DNA of 64,000 bases from an uncultured Fibrobacterota bacterium (GTDB taxonomy: Bacteria; Fibrobacterota; Chitinivibrionia; Chitinivibrionales; FEN-1185), in contig CAVWBU010000049.1 in NCBI GenBank assembly GCA_963753345.1, positions 96,001 through 160,000 of the forward strand. Reading direction: 5' to 3'. The position numbers and the translations under genes were made by a program. Below, one piece after another: positions 1-10,962 of the stretch; positions within the stretch are counted from its first letter, which is position 1; every line of letters begins with the position of its first letter. Below the pieces are notes generated by a model. It worked only from the letters and a program-made list of their open reading frames with translations. It searched no databases and was not told the origin of the DNA.

Positions 1-58
1 GACAGTGGCACACGTTCTTTGATTTCTGTTCGCTCAGGCCACCCGTCCGTGTGTTGTT

Positions 59-1338
59 CTATCTGACAATATCAACCCTCCTGACCTCGCTTGCGGTTTC
101 GGACCGCAGGCTGACCCAATACAATCCGCTTGCCGTCGTTCCGTGGTTCCACACGCATTTCCGGAGGCCACTACCAGTCGCACCTTCGAACAGCGTGGCA
201 ACGTTACGGCCGTCTGCGGTAAACACTTTGATACTTGCCTTTTGCGATACTCCGGCATTGAACAAAACAGTTGTGACCCTGCTCGCGCCATCTTTTTCTA
301 TTACTAGTTTTTTTGCGGCCTGGGACTGAAATTGTTCGCGATTCTTTTTCAATGCAGCATTTACTTCGGCGAGCGGCCGGCGGTACAGGGTGCCGGACGA
401 CAGGGTGCCCGACCATACGGTTGCGTAAAGATATGCGGTATCAACGGCAATCGAAACGGTGCTTGTTTCCGGCGACATGCTGATGTCTGTCCAGGAAGCG
501 CTGTCTTTGGGTGAAGCATACACACCGCTATCAGTCGCCGTGAATAGCGTCGTCTTACTTAGGCACATGTCCTGAACATTGCGATTGATCGTGAAGGAGT
601 TCCACGTTAGTCCGCTGTCTTTGGAGTATGACAATCCAGAATATCCCCATCCCGATGAAGATCCGGGAGATAGATTATTCACCCAGACGGTTTTCTGATC
701 AGTAACCATTCTGGTATTGTCAATATAGTTCTTTACCATATTTAGACCGTAGTTCGCCTCCTGCCATGCTAATCCATCGTTACGGAGCGTGAAATGCCGG
801 CAGAACCTCCAAGCAAGAGAATATTTCCGACAATGCAAGCGGACCAAGGACCGTAGATCGACCCAGACCCCGAAAATAAATCATAATTTGTATTGAGAAT
901 TTTCCATGTTTGGCCGTTGTCTACAGACAAGAAGTACCTGCTGCTAACGAGTAGAATTCTGTTGTCCTGAACCGAAAGGGCAAAGTATAGGCCGAAGTAC
1001 ACATTATATTCGCGACTCGGGGTGCCGACTACATTCCAACTTGTCCCATGGTCGGTGGAAGCAACCAGACCGGAATCTCCGGTCGCATATATTGTGGTGC
1101 CATTCCCAGCCAAATTGCTGAAAGTCTTCATTCCTACTACATTTTGCCAAGTATTCCCGTTATCTCCTGATCTGAGAACTCCGTTTGTTGTGCTTGCAAA
1201 TACAAAGGAACCTGCAACGGCAACTCTCGTGACTCCTGTATCCGCAATTTGCCAGCCGGCAAAGCTTGTGAATGGGCTGGACAGCACTCCAACAAGGCAC
1301 CCCGCACCAACTACGCGGAAAACCAATTCCTTTTTCAT
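59..1338 (-). CDS. Secreted BNR/Asp-box repeat (beta-propeller-like) protein with T9SS-type C-terminal domain; one frameshift near 780
   Basis: AGGAGG RBS then ATG at 1338 (MKKELVF, signal peptide). Repeated SxDxGxTW motifs. ORF 769-1365 ends GISRS and continues as NDGLAW in ORF 59-847. C-terminus has KVFTADGRNV...ASGLYWV. Confidence 0.7.
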
Positions 1339-1653
1339 GAAGCACCTCCTGTTTTTAGGGTTCATTCTAGCACAATCAAATTGTTTTTACGGCGTGCAAA
1401 ACATCACTTTCGCTACTGCCAAGTAACAAGATCAGTTTAGTTTCGCTGCTTGTTGTCAAGGAGCGCCCCCAAGAAACACATATTCCACCTACAATATAAT
1501 AATCCCATCCTTTACTTACAAAAACAACCTGTATGTACATTCTTGGTATTACCAGACACCCAAAACCGCCATGGGCTTGAACGGATACAGAATTTTCACT
1601 TCACAACCGCCGCTCCAAGGGTGCGCGCTTGTGTTAATCCATCTCCATATTTT

Positions 1654-1685
1654 CTCCCTCTCCCGTGGGAGAGGGCGGGGTGAGG
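1654..1685 (+). repeat. REP-like palindrome, family D copy 1
   Basis: CTCCCTCTCCCGTGGGAGAGGGCGGGGTGAGG; related copies at 6495 and 37260. Confidence 0.7.
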
Positions 1686-1838
1686 TTGTTCCGGTCTTGC
1701 CGTAATCCCACCCACGCCGCACCCCGTGAAGCTCCCAAAGGCATTTCAATTTATTGATTATTATTTGTTGCAATCGATTGTCAGGTGGATACTATATCAA
1801 TACAAAAAATTATATATTTTGTTTTGTCAGGTAATCTT

Positions 1839-2546
1839 ATGACCAACGCCGGACACGAAGGACACAGGGCCAGGCTCAGATCGCGTTTTGAGAAAAACGA
1901 ACAAGAGCCGCTTGCCGGATACGCCGACTACGAAATCGTCGAGGTCCTGCTCACCTTTGTAAATGCCCGCAAAGACACCAAGCCGCTCGCCAAGGAACTC
2001 CTCAAGCGATACAAGACCGTGTACGGACTGCTCCACGCCGACCCCGGCGATCTTCTCAAGGTGCCGGGCGTGGGCAGGCGGACGTGCGAATTGCTCGCGC
2101 TGGTGCGGGAGGTGGCGGCGCAGAGCCTGCGCGAAAAACTCGAACGCCAGCCGCTGCATCACCGCAAGGACGTTGAGGAATACCTCAGGTTTCACTTCGG
2201 CGGCAGGGGCGACGAATATGTTGCCGTCATATACCTTGACAACGGCAACAACGTGATCACCACCGAGATCGAGTGCGTGGGCACGGTGAACCAGTGCGTG
2301 GTGTACCCCAGGGACATCATGCAGAGCGCTTTCCGGTGCAAGGCCGCCAAGCTGATCCTGGCGCACAATCATCCCGGCGGCAGCGCGAGCCCCTCGGAAT
2401 CCGACTGGAGCATCACGCAGCGGCTTTTTGAAATATGCAGGCTGCTCGACATAGAGCTGCTCGACCACCTGATTGTCGCGCGCGACACCACCGTGAGCCT
2501 CCGCGAGCTTCCGCGGTGGCCTTCCCCGCCCGGCCGCCCGCTGTGA
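1839..2546 (+). CDS. radC: RadC/JAB-domain protein (UPF0758)
   Basis: GHRARLR N-terminus, HhH segment (VPGVG), JAB motif HNHPGG...PSESD...LLDHLIV. Confidence 0.9.
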   Translation: MTNAGHEGHRARLRSRFEKNEQEPLAGYADYEIVEVLLTFVNARKDTKPLAKELLKRYKTVYGLLHADPGDLLKVPGVGRRTCELLALVREVAAQSLREKLERQPLHHRKDVEEYLRFHFGGRGDEYVAVIYLDNGNNVITTEIECVGTVNQCVVYPRDIMQSAFRCKAAKLILAHNHPGGSASPSESDWSITQRLFEICRLLDIELLDHLIVARDTTVSLRELPRWPSPPGRPL

Positions 2547-4945
2547 ACCGCATTGCCGCGGCCTTCGCCTGCGCCGCGTGCATGGCCGCCGTCGCCTGCG
2601 CCGGAACGATCCGCGGAACCGTGACGAGCGCGCAGTCGGGCAAGGCGCTATCCGGCGCCGTGGTGACCATTGCCGGCTCACGGCGGTCCGCACAAACAGA
2701 CAGCGCGGGTTGCTACAGGTTCGATTCGCTCCCTTCCGCCGCCTACACTCTCCGTTTCTCGCGCGGCGGCTACGATTCCCTTGTTGTAAATGATGTCTAC
2801 GTGTCGGGCGACGCCGAAAAACGCTGCGACGCGGAGCTTTCGCCCCGCAGCGCACGGGTCGACCGCATGGTGGTGCGCGGCACGTCGTTCCGCCGGCCGC
2901 CCGACATGACGTCGTCGACCAAGGTGATTTCGGCCGACGAGCTCCTGCGCGCGCCGGGCGCGCTCGAAGACGTTCAGCGCGTGGTGACCATGCTGCCGAG
3001 CGTGACCTCGGGCGGCGACAACACCAACGAGATCGTGGTTCGCGGCGGCGTGCCGGGCGAAAACCTGTTTCTGCTTGACAACATAGAAATACCCAACCTC
3101 AACCAGTTCGCGCAGGAGGGGACGGGCGGCGGCGTGATCTCCCTTGTAAACCAACTTCTTGTCAAGGGACTCACCTTCAACGCGGGAGCGCCGCCTGCCC
3201 AGTACGGCGGCACGGCATCCAGTGTTCTGGACGTCAAGATGCGCGACGGCAACGGCGATATCGTGCTCGGCGGCGTGGACCTGGGGGTTGCAGGCGCGGG
3301 CGTGCATGTGGAAGGCCCGCTTTTTTCCAAGCAGGCGAACTTCATGTTCTCGGCCACCAAGAGCTACCTCGATTTCGCCGCGCACACGATGTTCAACAAC
3401 CAGGCGGCGGCCATTCCCGAGTACTGGGGGCTGGAAACAAGGGTGGCGCACAACACCGCCGACCACAGGATTTACGCCGATGCAGTGTACGGCAACAGCG
3501 GGATCACCATCGATTCCTCGGACGTCCTTTACGGAACGCGCGGCTCGACCATTGCGTCGGGCGGGAATGTGTACGCGGGCGGCATCACGTGGGAACAGTT
3601 CGTGACGAAAAGGCTTTCCACGAGCGTTACCGTGTCGGCCGTGGGCAACACGTTCGACCGGCTCGAATACACGGGGGCCGACACCTTCTTCAAGAACGCG
3701 TCGATAGAGCAGGAGCAGGAATGCAAGGCGCAGGCGTCGCTGGAGTTCGACAACGCAGACAGGCTCCTGATAGGAGCGTTTGTCAAGAGGGCCGATTTCA
3801 GTATCAACATATGGGGAAAGCCCGATACCCTTAAGCGGTACAGCGGCCCTGCCGACACCGAGGGCGTCATCGTGCTCGACAGCGCGGGCGGGCCGGTTGC
3901 CTGGCAGCAGTCGGTTGCGGAGCGCGATGTGGGATACAAGTACGGCGGGTTCGTGTCGGGCATTATACGTCCCGCCGACCGCGTGCGCGTGGTGCCGGGA
4001 ATCCGGCTTGATGCATTTTCCATCACGCACAGCCTGTGCCTGTCCCCGCGTCTGAGCGCCGCATGGGCGATACTGCCCGAGCTCGAGGCCACCTGCGCGC
4101 TCGGGGTGCAGTACCAGGACCCGGACTACGCGGCGCTGGCCGCGTCGGCGCTCAACAAGAAGCTGTCACCCAAGAAGGCGGAGACCGCCGTCGCCGGGCT
4201 GGAATATCAGTTCGCACAGTCCGGAATCAAGTGCATCGCCGAGGCGTTTTACAAACGCTACACCGGCCTGCCGGTCGATTCGGCGCTCCTGCGGACGCGC
4301 ACCAGTGCCGTGGACACGTTCGTCCCGTCATACAATCTTCTTTCAATCGGGCAGGGGAAAAGCTACGGCCTGGAACTGTTCGCGCAGAAAATGCTCACCA
4401 AAGAATTCTCGTGGAGCGCGGCGTATTCGCTGTCGAAATCGGAAGACGCCGACCCGCGTCCCGGCCATGAGGGACAATGGTACCGCGCCGATTTCGATTT
4501 CATCAATTCGCTCACCCTCACCGGCGGCTGGAAAAAGGAGTTGCTCGGGTACGGCTGGTACAAATCACTGCACAATCACCTGTGGTTCAAGATCCTTTCG
4601 CCCGTCATGCCCATCGCCGACCGCAACGAGATTTCTGCCAAGTGGCGCTATCTCGGGCCGCGGCCGCACACCTCGCCGGTGTACGATTCGACCATGCGCC
4701 GGTGGTTCGTAGACAACACGGCGCCGCTGAACAACGACGTATACGGAGAGTACCACACGCTCGACATCCGGTGGGAACGCAGATTTGGCTTTGGTTTTCT
4801 GCAGATGATGTACTATTTTGATTTACAAAATGTGTACAATCGGAAGAACATCTGGACAAAGCTCTACACCGACGGGAGCCCGGACCCCGCGAGTGTCTAC
4901 CAGCTGTCGTTCTTTCCGGCGGGAGGTATCATAATTGGTTTTTAG
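2543..4945 (+). CDS. TonB-dependent outer-membrane receptor with N-terminal carboxypeptidase-regulatory-like domain
   Basis: GTG overlaps the radC stop. Signal peptide, GTIRGTV domain, plug motif (IVVRGG...ENLFLLDNIEI...YGG), C-terminal Phe. Confidence 0.85.
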   Translation: MNRIAAAFACAACMAAVACAGTIRGTVTSAQSGKALSGAVVTIAGSRRSAQTDSAGCYRFDSLPSAAYTLRFSRGGYDSLVVNDVYVSGDAEKRCDAELSPRSARVDRMVVRGTSFRRPPDMTSSTKVISADELLRAPGALEDVQRVVTMLPSVTSGGDNTNEIVVRGGVPGENLFLLDNIEIPNLNQFAQEGTGGGVISLVNQLLVKGLTFNAGAPPAQYGGTASSVLDVKMRDGNGDIVLGGVDLGVAGAGVHVEGPLFSKQANFMFSATKSYLDFAAHTMFNNQAAAIPEYWGLETRVAHNTADHRIYADAVYGNSGITIDSSDVLYGTRGSTIASGGNVYAGGITWEQFVTKRLSTSVTVSAVGNTFDRLEYTGADTFFKNASIEQEQECKAQASLEFDNADRLLIGAFVKRADFSINIWGKPDTLKRYSGPADTEGVIVLDSAGGPVAWQQSVAERDVGYKYGGFVSGIIRPADRVRVVPGIRLDAFSITHSLCLSPRLSAAWAILPELEATCALGVQYQDPDYAALAASALNKKLSPKKAETAVAGLEYQFAQSGIKCIAEAFYKRYTGLPVDSALLRTRTSAVDTFVPSYNLLSIGQGKSYGLELFAQKMLTKEFSWSAAYSLSKSEDADPRPGHEGQWYRADFDFINSLTLTGGWKKELLGYGWYKSLHNHLWFKILSPVMPIADRNEISAKWRYLGPRPHTSPVYDSTMRRWFVDNTAPLNNDVYGEYHTLDIRWERRFGFGFLQMMYYFDLQNVYNRKNIWTKLYTDGSPDPASVYQLSFFPAGGIIIGF

Positions 4946-6227
4946 ACCCGAGCTCTCGTGGGAATTTCTGTCGGCCGACGAAATAGAGGCGCGCTCGGTG
5001 CGCGGGGTGCGCAACCATGTCCGGCATGTCAAGGAAGTGTCGCCGCATTACCAGAACGCGCTGTTCGACGTGTTTCCCGAGGACATCAAGACGGCCGACG
5101 ACATCCGCAAGCTGCCGTTCACCGAAAAATCGGAGCTGGTGGAAGACACCGCCATGTTCCTCGGCGTGGTGCCGGAGCAGGTGGTGGAAACCGTGGTGAC
5201 GAGCGGTTCCACCGGAAAGCCTCTGGTGTTCTCGATGACGGCCAACGACATCGACCGGCTCGCCTTCAACGAAGCCCTTTCGTTCCATGCCGCAGGTGTG
5301 ACCCCGCAGGACCGGGCGCAGGTGCTCGTGTCGCTCGACAGGCTGTTCATCGCGGGCATGGCGTACTACCGCGGGCTCACGCTCCTGGGCGTCAACACGG
5401 CGCGCATCGGCGTTCTGCCCTTCGACATGCAGAAGCATTACATCGACCTTCTCAAACCCACGGTCGTGGTGGGCGTGCCGTCGTTTCTGCTCAAGCTGGC
5501 CAGGGAACTGGGCAAACTTTCCTTTGACCCGAAAAACGCCTCCATCCGGAAAATCTTCTGCATCGGCGAAAGCATCCGCGGCCAGGACATGGAGCTCAAC
5601 GTGGTGGGCAAGGCGCTCGAGGAGCTTTACAATGCGAAAGTGTATTCCACGTACGCGTCCACCGAGCTTTCCTGCGCGTACTGCGAGTGCGCGTCGCAGT
5701 ACGGCGGGCACGGCCACCCGGAGCTCGTGTACACCGAAATCATCGACGAAAACGGAAAGCCCGCAGCCGACGGCCAGCCCGGTGAGCTCGTCGCCACGCC
5801 GCTCGGCGTCGAGGGCGTGCCGCTCGTGCGCTACAGAACCGGCGACATCACGTTCAAACTCCCGGGAACGTGCGCCTGCGGCCGCAACTCGCTCCGCGTG
5901 GGCCCGATTCTTGCCCGTAAAGGGCACATGATAAAGCTCAAGGGCACCACCGTATACCCGCTCGCCATCACCAACGTGCTCGATTCGCTCGACGGCATCG
6001 ACGACTACATCATCGTCATCGAGGACGACGAGTCGCTCTCGGACCGCGTGGCGATCCATGCCGCCACCATGCCGTCGAACCTGGTTAACATCGGAAACCA
6101 ATTACGCGCGCAGGCGCGGGTGCAGATCCCGGTGCTCGTTTCCAACACGGCCACCATCCAGCATTTTAGGGGACAGTGTGCGAAGAAGGTGCGGGTGGTT
6201 GATAAGAGGAAGAGGAGAGCAGGATAG
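4935..6227 (+). CDS. Phenylacetate-CoA ligase (PaaK)-like AMP-binding enzyme
   Basis: LPFTEK, TSGSTGKP, YASTE and RYRTGDI motifs; GGGAGG before the TTG start. Confidence 0.85.
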   Translation: MVFRPELSWEFLSADEIEARSVRGVRNHVRHVKEVSPHYQNALFDVFPEDIKTADDIRKLPFTEKSELVEDTAMFLGVVPEQVVETVVTSGSTGKPLVFSMTANDIDRLAFNEALSFHAAGVTPQDRAQVLVSLDRLFIAGMAYYRGLTLLGVNTARIGVLPFDMQKHYIDLLKPTVVVGVPSFLLKLARELGKLSFDPKNASIRKIFCIGESIRGQDMELNVVGKALEELYNAKVYSTYASTELSCAYCECASQYGGHGHPELVYTEIIDENGKPAADGQPGELVATPLGVEGVPLVRYRTGDITFKLPGTCACGRNSLRVGPILARKGHMIKLKGTTVYPLAITNVLDSLDGIDDYIIVIEDDESLSDRVAIHAATMPSNLVNIGNQLRAQARVQIPVLVSNTATIQHFRGQCAKKVRVVDKRKRRAG

Positions 6228-6240
6228 TAATACATTTCTT

Positions 6241-6388
6241 GGTGGGGGAAGGCTCCCCCTCGCTGCGGCCCGGCGCTCATACTTTCAAAGTTCAGGTAAT
6301 TCCGCGCCGGTCCTCCGCTACCCCCTCCTGGGTGGCCGCCTTGACAAAGTAGCTGCAAAACATGCATCGCTGCGGCGGCACCCAGGAG
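6241..6388 (+). repeat. Structured repeat family A, copy A1
   Basis: GGGGAAGGCTCCCCCTCGCT...CGCTACCCCCTCCTGGGT...GGCACCCA; homologous to copies at 21852, 37021, 39909, 28552 (minus) and 10876. Confidence 0.9.
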
Positions 6389-6494
6389 CTATAGTTGAAA
6401 AGAAGTCGGGTTGTGCGTTTGCTTTGTCAATTCTTTTCTGCAGCGGTACCACGAGATAACTGTTGACGGATGATAGGATGATGTTTTATTTTGG

Positions 6495-6539
6495 CTCCCC
6501 TCTCCAATCGGAGAGGGACGCCCAAAGGGCGGGGTGAGG
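6495..6539 (+). repeat. REP-like palindrome, family D copy 2
   Basis: CCCTCTCC-AATC-GGAGAGGG...GGGGTGAGG. Confidence 0.7.
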
Positions 6540-6593
6540 TCGGACGATTCGAAGAAACATAACCCTTCGGCTGAATATTTTTCCTTTGACGCT

Positions 6594-6628
6594 TTCAACT
6601 TCCAACTTTTAACCTTCAACTCTCAACG
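6594..6628. repeat. Heptamer tandem tract (NNCAACN x5)
   Basis: ttcaact tccaact tttaacc ttcaact ctcaacg. Confidence 0.75.
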
Positions 6629-6639
6629 CTATTTCCCTC

Positions 6640-7835
6640 ATGCAACAACCGGAAAAATCATTGGACAATAAAGCCCCCCGCGTCATCGCCATCATCCCCA
6701 CCTACAACAACGCGGGCACCATCGAATCAGTCATATCGGAAACAAACAAATATCTGCCGGACGTTATTGTTGTCAACGACGGCTCAACGGACGATACGAA
6801 GAATATCCTGCAATCAATCAATGCCTCAAACAGCAGAATCATCATTGTCAATCTTGAGGAGAACAAAGGCAAGGGCTGCCGCATTGCGTGCGGGATTTGA
6901 AAAGGCCCAATGCGCTCGGCTTTACGCACGCGATAACGCTTGACGCTGACGGCCAGCATTATCCGAGCGACATTCCGGTGTTCCTGGAGAAAATCGCGGA
7001 CGATCCGGCAGCGCTGTGGATCGGCAGCAGGGTGCTTGTCAGGGAGGAAACAGGGGAGCCGGCGCGGTCGGCGGCCGGCCGCAGGTTCGGGTCGTTCTGG
7101 TACAAATTCATCACCGGCATTGACATTCGCGACACGCAGTGCGGGTTCCGGGCATATCCGCTTTCCGCGGCGCTCAATCTCAAATGCGAGGGTGACCGGT
7201 ACGAATTCGAGCAGGAGCTGCTTGTCAAGGCCGCATGGAACGGAATCCCGGTGAAGCCCGTTCCGGTCCATCTGTACTATGCTCCCCAAGACGCCGCGGT
7301 GTCGCATTTCCGGCCCGTGCGCGATTTTCTGCTGATTTTCCGGGTGAATTCCAGGGCAGTGATGATCAGGCTGTTTGTTCCCATGTCCATCGTCACGATG
7401 CCGGGTGCAACGTGGCCGCAGAAAATGGCCGCGCTCCTCAGGCACGAATTGCAGGCGCATTCCACGCCGAAGCGCGCCGCATCGTCGCTCTCAATCGGGG
7501 TATGCATGGGTATCCTGCCGATCTACGGATTCCAGGTGCTCACGCTCGTGCCGCTCTCGATAGCGCTGCGGCTCAACAGGCCGCTGGCATTCCTCGGCGT
7601 GAGCATATCCTCGCTGCCGTTTCTGCCGTTCATCATCGCGGCGGCGGTCGCGATTGGAAAGCTGGTGGTGCCCCGGGCGTGGAGCGCAGGGTTTGCGCAC
7701 AGCAGGTTCGCTCCGCTCATTTCAGGCGGGATCGACTGGTTTTTCGGGAGCATTATACTTGCGTTCGCGGCGGGGGGAATATGCTGGTTGGTGAGCTATG
7801 CGGCGTTCAAGGGCATGCGCAAGGAGAGAAAGTGA
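6640..7835 (+). CDS. Glycosyltransferase family 2 fused to a DUF2062-like membrane domain; two apparent +1 indels near 6877 and 6908
   Basis: IIPTYNN, VVNDGSTD, DADGQH and DTQCGFR motifs. Removing two bases restores GKGAALRAGFEKANALGF. C-terminal hydrophobic domain TPKRAASS...ILPIYG. Confidence 0.8.
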
Positions 7836-7896
7836 TGAAACGCTCCGGAGCACAGTTTCCATCGCATGATGAGATGTATCATAAAATCTTTCCTGC

Positions 7897-7925
7897 TTGA
7901 CAAGGACAACGTCAGTCCTTATATT
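7897..7925 (+). promoter_or_regulatory. Sigma70-type promoter
   Basis: TTGACA-17 nt-TATATT upstream of ATG 7977. Confidence 0.6.
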
Positions 7926-7976
7926 ATCTTCCAGTCTGCTTTTCCTTTCCAGTCACTTTCGATAGAGGAGTTCTTC

Positions 7977-9468
7977 ATGAAACACCTCGCTGGTGTGCGT
8001 TTTGTCATGATGATCCTGCTTGCCGCATTCACCGCGGTTCCCGCGTCATCCTTTGCAAAGTCCAGCCGGCCGGCTGCGATGCAAACGCCGGTTCCGCATT
8101 TCTTCAAATCGTTTATGCGCAACTATGGCGCCCATGAAAAACATTTCCGGTCTTTCTGAGGGGAGAACTCTTGGCAAGAGGGTTGCGGCCCAGGCCCTTG
8201 CATGGAAGCAGATCGGGTCGATACAGTACAATAATTCCAATTACAGCAGCATCGGCGCGCCGGTATGGGAATTGTCGAGCCGCGATACCACCGAGTACGA
8301 TGCCGACGGAAACGTGGTCCTTGATAAGACATCAAGCGCAAATTCAGGATGGAATACCGACAGCCTTACCTACATTGACTCGATGGTCTATTCAGGAGGA
8401 AAGCTGACCGAAGTGTTCTATTATTATAATTTCATGCTTGGCAGCGGAAGTTCCGTCACAAAGTCCTACTATGCCATTTCTTACCTCGCTGGTGGAAAAG
8501 TGCTGCTTGAAATAGGGTATACGTGGAACGATACGAAAAAAAACTGGGCACCATACTTCAAAGACTCGATCATTTATTCCAGTGCTCCAATTCCCCAAAC
8601 GAATACCTTTGAAGCTACCAATCTTTTGGCGTACTATCAGTCCCGGTTCGACACCATCTCCGGGTTGTGGAAAAGCGCGGGATATATGCAAAGGGTGGAT
8701 GCGGAGTGCAATGCCTATACGCTTTCGCTGCAAGGGAAAACACCGCCCGAATACGGACCAGTGGACAGCCTTGTCGACGAGAAGTTCATTATGACTTTTA
8801 ATTCCACGGTCTGGACCCCCAACACCACGGTCCAGGAACGGGACCAGCTGCTCGACCCGAAGACCAAGACGTTTTACGATTGCTACAAGTATGTCTATAC
8901 CTATAACACCGCGGGCTTTGAAACCGGCTATCAATACTTTACCTTCGATTCGTCGGCAGGAGCGCTTTTCTGCTCCTACAGAAATCTATACTATCCGGAT
9001 TCCCACGGCAACGATACGCTGGAGGTCGATTACTACTATACTTCGGGGGTCGTCTCGGATTCGTCTTTTTACCGGTACGCGCGCACGTACGATGCCTACG
9101 GCAACAACACCCAGGTTATTGAGTCTTACTTTGATTCCTATACCGATGCTTGGATTCTTTCATCCAAGACGATAAATCTCTTTGCTCAGATCAACTCGTC
9201 GGTGATTTCACTGAAGCAATTCGAGTCGAAGCGGAATATTTCAGTCACCAAGAACAGCGGCCGGCTATGTTTTTCAGGCCCGAACATTACCTGTCTCATG
9301 CTGTACAATGCATCGGGAAGGCTCTTGGCTTCCGTCAAGCAGAAGGAGGCATCGTCACTCGTGCTTGACCTGCCGGGGCAAAAAGCGCGGCTGGTTGCGG
9401 GCGTGTATGTTGCAAGGCTTTTGTATGACGGGAAAGAGACTTCAATACCATTGACAATAGGGCGATAG
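7977..9468 (+). CDS. Secreted Tyr/Asp-rich protein with T9SS-type C-terminal domain; frameshift near 8125
   Basis: GAGGAG RBS and signal peptide MKHLAGVRF in one frame, body in ORF 8020-9468. YD-like repeats (YDADGN, YDAYGN). C-terminal LYNASGRLL...AGVYVARL. Confidence 0.7.
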
Positions 9469-9560
9469 GCGGTTTTGATTTCTTCGGAACACAGGCTGGG
9501 TCTGCGCTGAGGGGTTAGTCGGGGGGCAGATATCCTACCTTCTGTGTTTTTGCCTTCTTT

Positions 9561-9595
9561 TCAACTGTCAACGGTCAACCGTCAACTTTCAACTA
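9561..9595. repeat. Heptamer tandem tract (TCAACNN x5)
   Basis: tcaactg tcaacgg tcaaccg tcaactt tcaacta. Confidence 0.8.
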
Positions 9596-9599
9596 TTTC

Positions 9600-10733
9600 T
9601 TACGGCGCCACTCTCTCCACAAACACCTGCTTCCCGTTCTTTATCTTCAGGATCACCGCGGACTTGATCGGATTTCTCTTTTCGTCAAATGTGATGGTTC
9701 CCGACACGCCCGCCACAGAGCCGGTCCGTATCGCCTCCTTGACCGCGTCCGGGTCCAGGCTCCCGGTTTTTCCGATCGCGGAAAGCAGGATCACGGCCGC
9801 GTCGTAGGCGAGCGATGCCAGCGCGTCGGGTTCCGCGCCGTAGGTTTCCTTGTACTTTTTCACGAAATTCCTGACGACCGCGCTCGTGTCGTCCTTGGAA
9901 AAGTGGTTCGAAAACACGCAGCCTTCAACGGCCGCTCCGCCGATCTTCACGAGCTCGGGCGAATCCCAGCCATCGCCGCCGCCCGTGGGGACGATAAGCC
10001 CTATCTCACGGGCCTGCTTCATGATCATGGCGTCGGCCGTGTAGTAGTTGGGGCAGTAGAGAAATTCGGGCGCAGCGGCCTTGATATTGGTGAGCTGGGC
10101 CTTGAAGTCCACGGTGTTTGCTTCGTCGGTGAACGCCTCGCGCGCGACAATGGTTCCGCCGTATTCGGAGAACTTTTTCGCGAACACCTCGGCGAGGCCC
10201 TTGTTGTAGTCGTTGCCATTGTCAAACAGGATTGCGGCTTTCTTCGCCTTGAGCGTGAACGCGGCGTATTTGGCCATCACCGTGCCCTGGAACGGGTCGA
10301 TAAAGCACGCGCGGAACACAAAGTCGCCCGCCTCGGTGACTTTCTCGTTGGTGGAGGCCGAGGAAACCATGGGCACGCGCGATTCCTGACAAAGGGGAGC
10401 AATGGCGAGCGAGTTTTTCGAGGCCACCGCGCCGACGAGCCCGACGATCCTGTCGCGGCTGATGAGCTTCTGGCAGGCGTTGGCCGCCTTTTCGGACTGC
10501 CCCTCGTCGTCTTCGTACACGGCGCGCACGGGCATGCGGGTGCCGGCGATCTCGATGCCGCCGTCCTTGTTTGCTTCCGCCACGGCAAGCCGCATGGCCT
10601 GCCGAGACGATTGTCCGTATGTCGCCGTGTTGCCGGTAAGCGGGAACAGTCCGCCGATGACGATTTCCTTTTTCGAGGGCGAGCAGCCAACCGCAATTAA
10701 TAGGGCAAGAGCAAGAAGAATGGTCTTCTTCAT
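9600..10733 (-). CDS. Branched-chain amino acid ABC transporter substrate-binding lipoprotein (LivJ/LivK family)
   Basis: Lipobox AVGC, PLTG..A.YG, FRACFIDPFQG, GGDGWDS. No permease genes adjacent. Confidence 0.9.
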   Translation of the reverse strand: MKKTILLALALLIAVGCSPSKKEIVIGGLFPLTGNTATYGQSSRQAMRLAVAEANKDGGIEIAGTRMPVRAVYEDDEGQSEKAANACQKLISRDRIVGLVGAVASKNSLAIAPLCQESRVPMVSSASTNEKVTEAGDFVFRACFIDPFQGTVMAKYAAFTLKAKKAAILFDNGNDYNKGLAEVFAKKFSEYGGTIVAREAFTDEANTVDFKAQLTNIKAAAPEFLYCPNYYTADAMIMKQAREIGLIVPTGGGDGWDSPELVKIGGAAVEGCVFSNHFSKDDTSAVVRNFVKKYKETYGAEPDALASLAYDAAVILLSAIGKTGSLDPDAVKEAIRTGSVAGVSGTITFDEKRNPIKSAVILKIKNGKQVFVERVAP

Positions 10734-10875
10734 GGCATGATCCTTTTGGTTGCAAAATTTTCCAGTATCAAAATAAATGTGTCGGGAGATGAAAAGTATA
10801 TGAAATAATCGGCAAAAGGGAGGGATCTGTTTTTCTTTTAGAATTGTAAATGGAGATGGTACTTGTGAAGTTTTT

Positions 10876-10932
10876 GGTGGGGGAAGTTTACCCCGTCGGG
10901 TACTTCCAAGGGTCGTCCCCCTCGCTCCGGCC
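10876..10932 (+). repeat. Structured repeat family A, partial copy A2 (carries the 27-nt insert shared with A4)
   Basis: GGGGAAGTTT-ACCCCGTCGGGTACTTCCAAGGGTCGT-CCCCCTCGCTCCGGCC. Confidence 0.8.
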
Positions 10933-10962
10933 TCTTTACAGTACTTTTCCCTCTCTACTTCT

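Noticed and set aside
1549-1773. 74-aa ORF across repeat D1 as a nuclease remnant
   Set aside because: No recognisable catalytic motif; it is mostly repeat-derived sequence.
1839-2546. radC as a marker of a prophage or integrative element
   Set aside because: It is the full-length chromosomal type with HhH, and no integrase, att site or phage genes are nearby.
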